Below are positions 9,645-18,196 of a stretch of 64,000 nucleotides of DNA, in pieces. The stretch lies in IMG/VR virus record IMGVR_UViG_3300017914_000750, positions 29,737-93,736 of that record; one strand, given 5' to 3'. Numbering within the stretch: the stretch's first letter is position 1; every line of letters starts with the position of its first letter. The notes beneath the pieces were generated by a model. It saw only the letters and a list, made by a program, of their open reading frames with translations, searched no databases and was not told the origin of the DNA. Source of the stretch: a virus (taxonomy: Duplodnaviria > Caudoviricetes). Both the position numbers and the translations under genes were made by a program.

Positions 9645-9815
9645 TCAATACCCTGCTGACGCAAGGAACATGATTCCCAAGGGAAGTAATATCGGAAGAG
9701 TCAATAGTGTTAGAAATTCTATTCCTTCGATAGCCTTTGATGTAATCTCCAAGTCTCTAATGTATTCGAGTTCAGACACCATGCTCTTCACAGCTCTTAA
9801 AACTGTTGTGGTCAT
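9645..9815 (-). CDS. small membrane protein, 56 aa (MTTTVLRAVK...LLTLPILLPLGIMFLASAGY)
   Basis: Manually translated; AGGA SD; C-terminal TM helix. Confidence 0.6.
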   Translation of the reverse strand: MTTTVLRAVKSMVSELEYIRDLEITSKAIEGIEFLTLLTLPILLPLGIMFLASAGY

Positions 9816-9916
9816 GGTTTTTTTCCTAAATTAATTATAAACACACTGAATAATATGATATAACTCAAAATTATTCGTTAGTATATATATGAATTGAAAG
9901 TCTAAGAAATATATTT

Positions 9917-10429
9917 CTAATGAATTTTTTTCGGGTCGGTAGGTTTTTGTGCAAAGGTAAATTCGTCTTCTAATTCCCACCCTTCTTCTTCGAGTCGTTC
10001 TAACATTCTTTCTTCTTTTTCAGTGATTGGCCCACCAGTAGATTCCATGAGTTCGTCTATCACTCTTTGAATGTATTCTCTATGAACTTTATCTCCACTC
10101 TTTGATAAAGGTATATTACCACCTTCAACCATGTTAAACCATTTTGAACTTGCTTCGTCATACAATCCTACAAATTGATTGTTCATATTATTTCTATGTG
10201 CAATCAAATCATAAGGTATAACAACAGTTGGGTCTGAGGACAAGGGAGCGTATGGATAAAAAGTTGCAAGGGTTGTAGTTTTATCGGGAACAACTTGTAA
10301 TGAACACATCATAGGTAAGGTTACCTCTACACCTTTGTCGGTGTCTCTAACCATGCCTACGATTTCTGCGCCAGTTCTAAGTTTTAGAACTTCGTATCTT
10401 TGTGGAATAAGGTCTTTAGGTGTTGTCAT
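9917..10429 (-). CDS. hypothetical protein downstream of uvsW (possible Sm-like fold)
   Basis: VLKLRTGAEIVG N-terminus; position matches a conserved ORF in marine T4-like phages. Confidence 0.6.
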   Translation of the reverse strand: MTTPKDLIPQRYEVLKLRTGAEIVGMVRDTDKGVEVTLPMMCSLQVVPDKTTTLATFYPYAPLSSDPTVVIPYDLIAHRNNMNNQFVGLYDEASSKWFNMVEGGNIPLSKSGDKVHREYIQRVIDELMESTGGPITEKEERMLERLEEEGWELEDEFTFAQKPTDPKKIH

Positions 10430-11834
10430 TTAAATCAAATTGTAAAATTTCGTAAGGAAATTTCTCCTCGTTGTAAATATTTATACGGTCTTTAAGGTGA
10501 CCAAGTGTATAATTATCACATTGTAGGTCGTCTGCTATATCAAACAAACGCATTGATTCTTTACCTTCTACCTTTCTTAAACCTCTTCCTATCGATTGTA
10601 GGTTTCTGATTCTTGATTTACTAGGACTTGCAAATACGATATTATCTATTCTTTTTATATTAACACCAGTAGAGAATGTTCCATAAGATGCAAGTATGGT
10701 ATCGTTCTCTGCCTTCTCTACTATCTCTCTAACAGCTTCTCTGTCTTCCGTGTCTGTTCCACCATATACATAGTGTAAGTTTTCACCCAGTCTCTTAAAC
10801 ATTTTCTCATGTAGAAGAACTCCATGTTTTTCGACATATTGGAATAATACGAGTGTATTTCCCGATAAACTATACACAAGATTACAGATAAATTCGTTTC
10901 TTGCCTCATTAGAAACAAGGTAATCCATTTCTTCTTGGTATGTTAATTTCTTCTGTTTAGTATGACGAAGTATGACACATTGTATATCTAATTTTGCAAT
11001 AGTTCCTTCGTCCATGAGTTGGTATGACGATATTACTTTCTTTACAGGCCCGAATAGACCTTCTAATTGTAATCTATGACACTCTGACCCGTCTAATGTT
11101 CCTGTAGTTCCTATACGAACTGCAGTCTTTCTCATTTTCTCTAGTATACCTTTTAACACATTTGCTTTAAATAAATGTGCTTCGTCTCCTACTACTACTT
11201 CGAAACTTTCCAAGACTTCTTTAGGAGCCTTACTAAATGACTGCCATGTAGTGATTGTGATGTCCGAATCAAATACAGGCTGACCCGAATAAATCTTACA
11301 AATCTTTTCATCATATCCATACTCCTCAAAGTCTTTTGCCATTTGCTCTACCAATGAAGTAGTAGGGACAATGATAACAGTTTTCTTATTATAATACCTT
11401 GTAAGCATATATATAATCAACGACTTTCCACTTGCAGTAGGTGAAAGTAATAGTTGTCTACCATATTGAACTGCAGTTCTGAATGCGTCTAATTGGTAAT
11501 CTCTTGGTTCAAAAGGAAGTCCTAAATGTTTAATAAAGTCCTCATCGGCTTGTCTTGTTTTTTCACCGAGGATATCCCCTATACCTTTTATTTCATACCC
11601 TCTCTCCCTACAGAACTCGTCTACATAAGGAAGGAGACCGATATAAATCTTATTTGTTTTTATGCTGAAGAGTCTGACCTTCCCGTCCCAATACCTATTC
11701 TTTACGGAAGGCATAAACTTTGCATTTGGAACGGTGAACGAGAAGAAGTCGAAGAGGTCTCTAGCTAGACCGTCATCACATTCTACTTTCATGAAGACTT
11801 CGTCAATCTTCTTTAGGTTTATTTCAGAGGCCAT
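10416..11834 (-). CDS. uvsW: RNA-DNA/DNA helicase UvsW
   Basis: PTASGKS, DEAH, QSIGRGLR; likely start MASEINL at 11834. Confidence 0.95.
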   Translation of the reverse strand: MASEINLKKIDEVFMKVECDDGLARDLFDFFSFTVPNAKFMPSVKNRYWDGKVRLFSIKTNKIYIGLLPYVDEFCRERGYEIKGIGDILGEKTRQADEDFIKHLGLPFEPRDYQLDAFRTAVQYGRQLLLSPTASGKSLIIYMLTRYYNKKTVIIVPTTSLVEQMAKDFEEYGYDEKICKIYSGQPVFDSDITITTWQSFSKAPKEVLESFEVVVGDEAHLFKANVLKGILEKMRKTAVRIGTTGTLDGSECHRLQLEGLFGPVKKVISSYQLMDEGTIAKLDIQCVILRHTKQKKLTYQEEMDYLVSNEARNEFICNLVYSLSGNTLVLFQYVEKHGVLLHEKMFKRLGENLHYVYGGTDTEDREAVREIVEKAENDTILASYGTFSTGVNIKRIDNIVFASPSKSRIRNLQSIGRGLRKVEGKESMRLFDIADDLQCDNYTLGHLKDRINIYNEEKFPYEILQFDLNDNT

Positions 11835-12511
11835 CCTGTATTCCATACTACCAAGGATTTTCTGACTCCTCTTGTTACGGGTGTAACTTGGTGGTGTAAC
11901 CATGAAGGGAAAACTAATAGTGAACCTAATTCCTTTCCACTAAATGGTGCAGTTTGAACTAACTTATCATAGGGTAAATTCTTTTGATTGAACTTCAAAG
12001 TATCGAATACTTCTGTTGATTCAATCCATTGAAAATGTCCACCTTCATAATCTTCGGGTGGAGATAGTTGTATAGAAGCTGATAACTTTCTAGTCATACC
12101 ACTTGGATATAAATCTGCACTAGAATCTGTATGCCATGTGTAGAAGTCTCCAGTAGGTAATTCGGGTTGGTGTTCATATATGGTATACTGCCATGTTTCC
12201 ATAAACTCTAATTCATAATTCCAACCAGCTTGTTGGTTTGCAGACATCATACCGTCTTGAATTTTTTGTTTTAATTTTGGGTCAAATCTAGGGTCTGAAT
12301 GGTCTAACCAACGATTGGTTGATTGTCTAATACTATTATCAATTGCACCACCATCGTCTCCACTTCTTGCTCTTTCACCGTCTGCGTCAAAATCATTATT
12401 ACCAATTTTTGCTGTAATGATTTCTAAATTTTGTGCATATCCATGTATATAATCTACTTCTTGAGGTGTCAAGAAATTAGGAATTACATAACAATAAGTT
12501 TTATATAACAT
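11819..12511 (-). CDS. 2OG-Fe(II) oxygenase
   Basis: WHTD, RKLSASIQL, YEGG, HQVTPVTRGVRKSLVVW; start MLYKTY coupled to the uvsY stop (TAATG). Confidence 0.9.
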   Translation of the reverse strand: MLYKTYCYVIPNFLTPQEVDYIHGYAQNLEIITAKIGNNDFDADGERARSGDDGGAIDNSIRQSTNRWLDHSDPRFDPKLKQKIQDGMMSANQQAGWNYELEFMETWQYTIYEHQPELPTGDFYTWHTDSSADLYPSGMTRKLSASIQLSPPEDYEGGHFQWIESTEVFDTLKFNQKNLPYDKLVQTAPFSGKELGSLLVFPSWLHHQVTPVTRGVRKSLVVWNTGWPLK

Positions 12512-12954
12512 TAAGAACCCGCCATAAACTTTCTCCAATCAATTGTGTTCTTAATTGTTTGGTGTCTCCAAGTGATATTAGTCATACACTCTTTGAGAAA
12601 GTTAATCTTTATATTTGCATACTCTAAGTTTGCATTTAGTTTCTGTAAATCTGTATCTGCATTGAAGAATACTTGCATATCATTCTTCATAATTTTAAGA
12701 CCGTCAAAGGGGTCGTCATTCCACCCTAGTTCTTTGATTCTTGCTTCGTCCATTTTACCATTGAACCATAACCATTTATCTTTCAATAATGTATTATATT
12801 GAAACTGTATATTCTTTTGTTGGATAATAGCGTCTGTTAAATACTCTGAGTATTTTGCATGGAGTTTAGGGATTTCTAGGGAAGATTTATCCAGTTCGAT
12901 ATCGTCTATCTCACAATCGGATTTCCATTCAGCTTTCAATTCGTCAATATTCAT
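12511..12954 (-). CDS. uvsY: recombination mediator UvsY
   Basis: IPKLHAKY and IKNTIDWRKF motifs; synteny with uvsW. Confidence 0.9.
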   Translation of the reverse strand: MNIDELKAEWKSDCEIDDIELDKSSLEIPKLHAKYSEYLTDAIIQQKNIQFQYNTLLKDKWLWFNGKMDEARIKELGWNDDPFDGLKIMKNDMQVFFNADTDLQKLNANLEYANIKINFLKECMTNITWRHQTIKNTIDWRKFMAGS

Positions 12955-12960
12955 AATAAT

Positions 12961-12983
12961 ATTATATCACAAAAGTGTGATAT
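12961..12983 (-). promoter_or_regulatory. extended -10 promoter of uvsY within an inverted repeat
   Basis: TG-A-TATAAT, 6 nt, then ATG; inverted repeat ATATCAC-ACTTTT-GTGATAT. Confidence 0.5.
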
Positions 12984-13522
12984 TAACTAGTGGATTCTAT
13001 ATCGTAATATGTAAATCTAAATTCAACTGTTGCAATAACGGTCTCACCGTCTGCACCTGATTCTAATTCTATCCCACTCAATGAGATTGGGAATGCGTCA
13101 TGGAATCTGAAGAATTTATTTGGTATGTTTTTGTTTGTATTAGTAACTAAAGTGATATCTGAATATTGATTCATGTCATTATCTATTGCACTTAGTGTTC
13201 CTGTTTCAGTCTTTGCAGATGCAACATAGTTTGCAAAGTCTTTAGGGTCTGATACTGGAACAATAGAATCCATCCAATCAAATATCTCTTTAAAGTTTTG
13301 TAAATCTTCGTCTACTAGGAAGGATACAGATAAGGTTTCAAATTGTATTTTGTCGCCTGGGAAGAATGCATCTAAACCAATACCCGCTGCAAGAACTGTC
13401 TCCGTGAATGTAAGGCCAGGGATATTTACAGACTTAACAAAAAATTCCACATTTGGAACTTTGTCAATCAGTAGTCTGAAATTATTCTTACTGAGTAATG
13501 ATTTGTTTATACTAGTTGTCAA
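12983..13522 (-). CDS. gp3: tail completion / sheath stabiliser
   Basis: NFRLLIDKVPNVEFFVKSVNIPG, FLVDEDLQNF, FPISLSG; position between gp23 and uvsY. Confidence 0.8.
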   Translation of the reverse strand: MTTSINKSLLSKNNFRLLIDKVPNVEFFVKSVNIPGLTFTETVLAAGIGLDAFFPGDKIQFETLSVSFLVDEDLQNFKEIFDWMDSIVPVSDPKDFANYVASAKTETGTLSAIDNDMNQYSDITLVTNTNKNIPNKFFRFHDAFPISLSGIELESGADGETVIATVEFRFTYYDIESTS

Positions 13523-13730
13523 GTTTTATAATCCTCTTTGTTTTGACTGTATCATGATAATCACCGTCACGATAGTCTCTGTTTACAGTTTGTTCACATA
13601 GATAACCGTCTTGAATGTAAGTAGTGATAATCTTTCTAGACATAACATTCGTGGATTCCTCACCGTTTGAAAATGCATGATTTACAAATGGCCCTTCTAA
13701 CATAGTAATATTCTTTCTGTATTCTTCCAT
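13512..13730 (-). CDS. hypothetical protein
   Basis: 72-aa ORF with late promoter CATAAATA 5 nt before the ATG. Confidence 0.7.
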   Translation of the reverse strand: MEEYRKNITMLEGPFVNHAFSNGEESTNVMSRKIITTYIQDGYLCEQTVNRDYRDGDYHDTVKTKRIIKLDN

Positions 13731-13743
13731 AGTAGTATTTATG

Positions 13744-13959
13744 TTATTTCTCGTTTACAAATTCATTAAGTTGTCTTGCAACTGAAATAACTTCTTCCGT
13801 AGACACAAACTGGTCACCATAAGGTTTTCTATCGTTTGGGAAGTTATTGTTGTGTTCAACAACTGCTTCATTGTTACGATAGATATTACCTTCCAGTAAT
13901 CCTTGTGCTTGATTTAGTAGTTCGGCTCTGATTTCGAACCCTGATTTTCCGTTTGACAT
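13744..13959 (-). CDS. hypothetical protein, 71 aa (start MSNGKSGFEIRAELL)
   Basis: AGGAG SD before the ATG at 13959. Confidence 0.7.
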   Translation of the reverse strand: MSNGKSGFEIRAELLNQAQGLLEGNIYRNNEAVVEHNNNFPNDRKPYGDQFVSTEEVISVARQLNEFVNEK

Positions 13960-14060
13960 ATTTTTCTCCTGTGTGTTTTGCATGTGTGTGTTTAAAGTAG
14001 GTCGGGGGTATCTGACATGCCAGACCCCCCTTGCCTTTCGACTATTAGTATATAGGTGTC

Positions 14061-14180
14061 TTAAGCAACCCACTTAGAACCACGGTATACACCCTTGGTC
14101 TGTGGCTTTGACTTAGTGACTTCACCGTTGTGACGAACACCACGATATACTAACTTGAGGTCAGCTTTCTTTTTAGTCAT
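14061..14180 (-). CDS. DUF4278-like YRG peptide, 39 aa (MTKKKADLKLVYRGVRHNGEVTKSKPQTKGVYRGSKWVA)
   Basis: Manually translated; GGAG SD; two YRG motifs; directly downstream of a glnA-type riboswitch. Confidence 0.8.
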   Translation of the reverse strand: MTKKKADLKLVYRGVRHNGEVTKSKPQTKGVYRGSKWVA

Positions 14181-14213
14181 TTCCATTCTCTCCGTTTAAA
14201 GGTTGAACAAAAA

Positions 14214-14274
14214 TGCGTTCCTTCGGCCCCATGCCTACTTCCGTTCACTGCTACATTTAGAGTGAATGAACGAT
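14214..14274 (-). ncRNA. glutamine riboswitch (glnA RNA motif)
   Basis: ATCGTTC-A-[TTCACT...AGTGAA]-CGGAAGTA-[GGC ATGGG GCC]-GAAGGAACGC: P1 CGTTC/GAACG, P2, P3 and the conserved CGGAAGTA and GAA junctions. Confidence 0.85.
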
Positions 14275-14279
14275 TGTAT

Positions 14280-14287
14280 TATTTAGA
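14280..14287 (-). promoter_or_regulatory. T4-type late promoter driving the riboswitch
   Basis: TCTAAATA, 5 nt before the riboswitch 5' end. Confidence 0.65.
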
Positions 14288-14288
14288 C

Positions 14289-14317
14289 AAAAAAAAACCC
14301 CTCGAAAGAGGGGTTTT
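14289..14317 (-). terminator. Rho-independent terminator after gp23
   Basis: AAAACCCCTC-TTTC-GAGGGG followed by T9. Confidence 0.9.
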
Positions 14318-14336
14318 AATTCGAAATTTAATTCGA

Positions 14337-15653
14337 TTACAGAATGTTGCTTACTGCAAATTTTCTGTAGTATTGGTTAGTTCCAGCACTTGCTAAACCG
14401 TCTGAAGGTGTTGAACCTACGAATGGGTTAGAAACCATACCATATCTAGTTTTGAAACCGATTTTTGGTTGGAAAGTGTTTTCGCCAACTGCTCTCACCA
14501 TTTGTAGTGGAACATATGGGCAATAGAACATACCTGCGTCATAAGGATTTGAACCTCTGTAACCAACTGTTAAGTAATCAACACCAGCATATGGGTCGAT
14601 GTATACTTTAACTCTTCCGTTAAGAACACCAGCAAATGTATTGCCTGTGTCATCAACATTTAAGTTAGTTGATAAAGCTGGTGCATAATCTAACACTCCA
14701 GCCATTGAAAGTGCTGATGCAACATCAGAAGAACAAAGGATAAAGTTACCTTTACCTCGTCTTGTTTCTTTTGCTATTACATTGCTTTCTCTTTCGATTT
14801 GGAACAATAATCCCTTGAATTTTTCTACAGACCATCTACCGTTTGCGTCAACATCTAAGTTAAATGTTCCAGCAGAAGCAGTTGCTGATGCACCTGTTTT
14901 TGCTTGTAAGTTAACATTTCTTACAACTTCTCTGTTGATTTCTGCAAGGATTTCTGATGATAGAATATTTGCAAGTTCTGATTCTGCATCAAGACCGTGG
15001 ATTGCTTTGAGGTCTTGTGCTAATTCTAATGTATACTCTGCTTTTAGTGCTCTTGACTTCGCAGTAACAGTTGCCTTTTCAATTGTGAAAGACATTTCGT
15101 TGAAATGGTTACCTGAACCACTTCCGTCACCTAAAGCTTCTGCAGCTGCAGTAGACATTCCTGCTACTGTATCGCCTGCATAAGTCTCTGGGCCTGATGC
15201 GTCAAAAGGGTCACCAACTGGGTCTGAGTCTGCAGTGTTATCGATGTCGTCTGAGTTCCCTGCTGAGAATTTTGAACGAGCTTCGTTGTGTAATGCTTCA
15301 GATTGGTTTAATCTGTCAGCATTTGCATCGTCTTGATATCTTGCTTTCATAGCAAAGATAAGACCTGTTGGGCCAGTCATTGGTTGAACACCGCAAATGT
15401 CGTATGCAACGAGATTTGGCATAGCTCTTCGAACTAGTGATATTAGGATTGGATCCCAGTTACTAATTCCAGTGCCAGTAGAGTTTAAAGGTGCAGCTTC
15501 CTCAAGAGTTGCTCTGTCTTCGTTAAGAGCTTTCTCTTGGTTTTCAAGTATAACTGCTGTGACTGCCTTCTTGTAGTTGTCCTCGATTTTTGGTAAATCG
15601 GAATGTTCTAGAATAGGCTCCCACTTCTCTTGTAAGTTTTCTGATAAAAACAT
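14337..15653 (-). CDS. gp23: major capsid protein
   Basis: GVQPMTGPTGLIFAM, SRALKAEYTLELAQDLKAIHGLDAE, QPKIGFKTRYG. Confidence 0.98.
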   Translation of the reverse strand: MFLSENLQEKWEPILEHSDLPKIEDNYKKAVTAVILENQEKALNEDRATLEEAAPLNSTGTGISNWDPILISLVRRAMPNLVAYDICGVQPMTGPTGLIFAMKARYQDDANADRLNQSEALHNEARSKFSAGNSDDIDNTADSDPVGDPFDASGPETYAGDTVAGMSTAAAEALGDGSGSGNHFNEMSFTIEKATVTAKSRALKAEYTLELAQDLKAIHGLDAESELANILSSEILAEINREVVRNVNLQAKTGASATASAGTFNLDVDANGRWSVEKFKGLLFQIERESNVIAKETRRGKGNFILCSSDVASALSMAGVLDYAPALSTNLNVDDTGNTFAGVLNGRVKVYIDPYAGVDYLTVGYRGSNPYDAGMFYCPYVPLQMVRAVGENTFQPKIGFKTRYGMVSNPFVGSTPSDGLASAGTNQYYRKFAVSNIL

Positions 15654-15672
15654 GAGTTTAGTTTCCTTTAAA

Positions 15673-17049
15673 TTAACCTAATGGTTTTAGTTTAGTTAAA
15701 GCCTCTGAATATCTTGCAATTGAAGGGTCTAGGACTTTCTCTTCGTCTGAAGCGAATTCTCCTGTTCCTTCTTCAACTACAGTTTCTTCTGAGACCGTTT
15801 CACCGTCAACTTTGAAGTATGCTTCTTTGATTTCTGCAATTTTCTCTTCGAAATCTGCTTCGTCTGTGAAGTCTACTCCTTTTGATAATGAAACTAGCTT
15901 TTCTCTTTGTGATTCAGTAAGGTCTTCCCCTGCTGATTTCACAACATTTTCTCTCTTCAATGAACCAAGTTCCTCATTGATATCGATGTTCTTTTGAACT
16001 TCGGCATCGAGTTTTTGTTCCATCTCATCGAGACGATTTGCGAGTTCGTCAACAACATTATACTTGTCTTCAGGAACTTCAACATAGTGTTCTACGAACA
16101 ATGTTTTCAATCCTTCGATAAAGTTTTCAGTCATTTCCGACCTCAAACCCCTTTCTATTGCGAGTTCGTTTTCTTTCGTCCACTCTTCAGCACAGTATGA
16201 TAGATACTTGTCAACTGCTTCCGATAGGTCACCTTTAACTTTCTCTACTGAGGTTTTTAATTCTTCTGAATATTGAGACTCTAGTTCTTCTTTAATCTCT
16301 TCGACTTTAGATGATACTGCAGCCTTAAAGATTGTTTTTGCTTTCTCTGAGTTCTCTTCTGATAATTCTAGTGCTTCTGAAATTTTTGATAGGTCGTCAT
16401 CTATTTCAATTTCTACTAGTGAAGATTCGAGTTCAGCAGAAGTTTCTTCGTCTACATTCTCTTCAGATGTTTCTTCGTATTTTGCCATGAGTTTTTTCTT
16501 CTTCTCATCGTCTTTTTCATATGAACTATCTAGTTCGGAAACGAATTTTTGAACATCTTCTTGAGACATAGCCTTAAGAGATTCTACTACTTTTCTAGCA
16601 ACTTCTGCTTTAGTCAAGGATTCATCGACCTCTTCGTCCTCTTCAGACAATGAAGAAAGCATTTCTTTGATTGATGCTTTGTCTAGACCTTTCATCTTGT
16701 CGACTACTGCCTTGATGTTTTCCATCTTAGAAGTTGTTGCCTCGTCTACTTTAGACTCTTCTTCACCTTCTTTTAATTTCTCTCCTTTCTCAGGAGCAGA
16801 TGCACCTTTCTTCTGAGGGTCACCTTCGTTTGAAGGAGCCTTCTCATTAGATTTAACTGATGCTACGGCTTTGTCAACAGGATTTTCTTCTGGCTTGACG
16901 ACTTCACCTTTACCGCCTTCGATTTTCTCGGCGTCTGATGAACCTTGCTTTACTGCAGATTTGTCACCCTGTTCTGCACCGTCATGTGGTTGCTTAACTT
17001 CGTCAAGCACCTCTTCGGTGTTTTCAACTTGATTTTCTAAATCTGACAT
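15673..17049 (-). CDS. gp22: prohead core scaffold protein
   Basis: Acidic coiled coil, KAKTIFKAAV, DKYLSYCAEEW; between gp21 and gp23. Confidence 0.9.
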   Translation of the reverse strand: MSDLENQVENTEEVLDEVKQPHDGAEQGDKSAVKQGSSDAEKIEGGKGEVVKPEENPVDKAVASVKSNEKAPSNEGDPQKKGASAPEKGEKLKEGEEESKVDEATTSKMENIKAVVDKMKGLDKASIKEMLSSLSEEDEEVDESLTKAEVARKVVESLKAMSQEDVQKFVSELDSSYEKDDEKKKKLMAKYEETSEENVDEETSAELESSLVEIEIDDDLSKISEALELSEENSEKAKTIFKAAVSSKVEEIKEELESQYSEELKTSVEKVKGDLSEAVDKYLSYCAEEWTKENELAIERGLRSEMTENFIEGLKTLFVEHYVEVPEDKYNVVDELANRLDEMEQKLDAEVQKNIDINEELGSLKRENVVKSAGEDLTESQREKLVSLSKGVDFTDEADFEEKIAEIKEAYFKVDGETVSEETVVEEGTGEFASDEEKVLDPSIARYSEALTKLKPLG

Positions 17050-17077
17050 AAATTTCTCCTGTTTATGATTACTTTTT

Positions 17078-17085
17078 TATTTATA
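17078..17085 (-). promoter_or_regulatory. late promoter TATAAATA (gp22-gp23)
   Basis: Exact T4 late consensus upstream of an AGGAG SD. Confidence 0.8.
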
Positions 17086-17087
17086 TG

Positions 17088-17741
17088 CTAAAGGCTTTCA
17101 ACAAACCTTTTCCATAAGTTCAATTTGGTTTCTTCAAGCTTATTCAGTCTTGCAGACTTTAATTCTTTCTGCATTTGTTCGACTTCTACTGCTTTTAAGA
17201 TACCGTTTTCCATTACCCATTCAACTCCTTCCATGATTCCTTCTACGAAAGCCTCAGGTGCTGAAGGGTCTGCGACTATGTCCCCTGCTGTTGCAAGTTG
17301 AAAGTCGTCTTTTACATATTGTGCATTTCCTTTAGATTCTAGTGAACCTAGACCTCTAGAAGAAACACCCAACTTTGCACCGTCATCAATCAAATTTTTA
17401 ACAATTTGACCGTTTGGTGTTGATAAAATCTTTGCTCTTCCCACATAGTTGTTTCCATCTTCTTCTAATTTCGTGATTAAGTGGGATACTTTGTCTAAAT
17501 TGATTGTAGGCCCTTCGGGGTGTCCTAACTCTCCGAATGCTCTACTTTTTTCTACGAACTCTTTGTTATACCTTTTTACTTCTTCTTGTATAACTTGTTT
17601 AGGGTATATACGACCATTTCTGTTTTTAATTTCAGACTGCATAAAGATACCTTCGATGTAGTAATCTTTCTCACCCTTTTCGTTTTGTTCTACTATTACA
17701 GGTTCAATCCCGTAGTCATTAAATTCAGAAATTAATTTCAT
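17088..17741 (-). CDS. gp21: prohead protease
   Basis: NRNGRIYP, GELGHP, GVSSRGLGS, DIVADPSAP. Confidence 0.97.
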   Translation of the reverse strand: MKLISEFNDYGIEPVIVEQNEKGEKDYYIEGIFMQSEIKNRNGRIYPKQVIQEEVKRYNKEFVEKSRAFGELGHPEGPTINLDKVSHLITKLEEDGNNYVGRAKILSTPNGQIVKNLIDDGAKLGVSSRGLGSLESKGNAQYVKDDFQLATAGDIVADPSAPEAFVEGIMEGVEWVMENGILKAVEVEQMQKELKSARLNKLEETKLNLWKRFVESL

Positions 17742-18018
17742 TTGTTATTTCCTCTATTGATATACCTTCTTCGGACATGTCTTTCAAAATTTGTTTAACA
17801 TGCTGTATACCAGTTTTCAAAGACTCTTGGTCTTCAAAGGTCTCTTGTATTCCATGTCCGTTCAAGAATACAGTCAACCCTTCTTCACACTCGGTGTAAA
17901 CTATATTTATAGTTTCTTCACCAGCTTTAAAGAGTTCCCTCTTTACTTCAGTATGTCCCTCGGGAATACTGAACTTCGACTCATGAAGTTCCTGAGCTAT
18001 ATCAGAAAAGGTTTTCAC
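17725..18018 (-). CDS. putative prohead core protein
   Basis: GTG start coupled to the upstream stop; MKTFSD capsid-targeting-like N-terminus; occupies the gp67/gp68 position. Confidence 0.55.
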   Translation of the reverse strand: MKTFSDIAQELHESKFSIPEGHTEVKRELFKAGEETINIVYTECEEGLTVFLNGHGIQETFEDQESLKTGIQHVKQILKDMSEEGISIEEITNEINF

Positions 18019-18194
18019 TTCTCTACTTCACCTTCTGAAGTGTTATTATTCATCCAGTTAACACTCTTTTCTACTCTCTTCATGTCAACCACTTCTGCAG
18101 CTTTCTGTTTGATACCGTCAAAGATTTCACTCTTTGCTTGTTCTAACTTTCCTGCCTCAATACTATCAACTATTTTATCTGATATTTCACTCAT
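18015..18194 (-). CDS. putative prohead core protein, 59 aa (MSEISDKIVDSIEAGK...)
   Basis: Manually translated; fills the gap after gp20; GGAGG SD; gp67-like position. Confidence 0.65.
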   Translation of the reverse strand: MSEISDKIVDSIEAGKLEQAKSEIFDGIKQKAAEVVDMKRVEKSVNWMNNNTSEGEVEK

Positions 18195-18196
18195 TA

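Noticed and set aside
9523-9834. Plus-strand 103-aa ORF
   Set aside because: It is the antisense shadow of two coupled minus-strand small genes and has no recognisable features.
13960-14073. N-terminal extension of the 13744 ORF in the ORF track
   Set aside because: It overlaps the YRG peptide stop and a structured leader; the strong SD supports the start at 13959.
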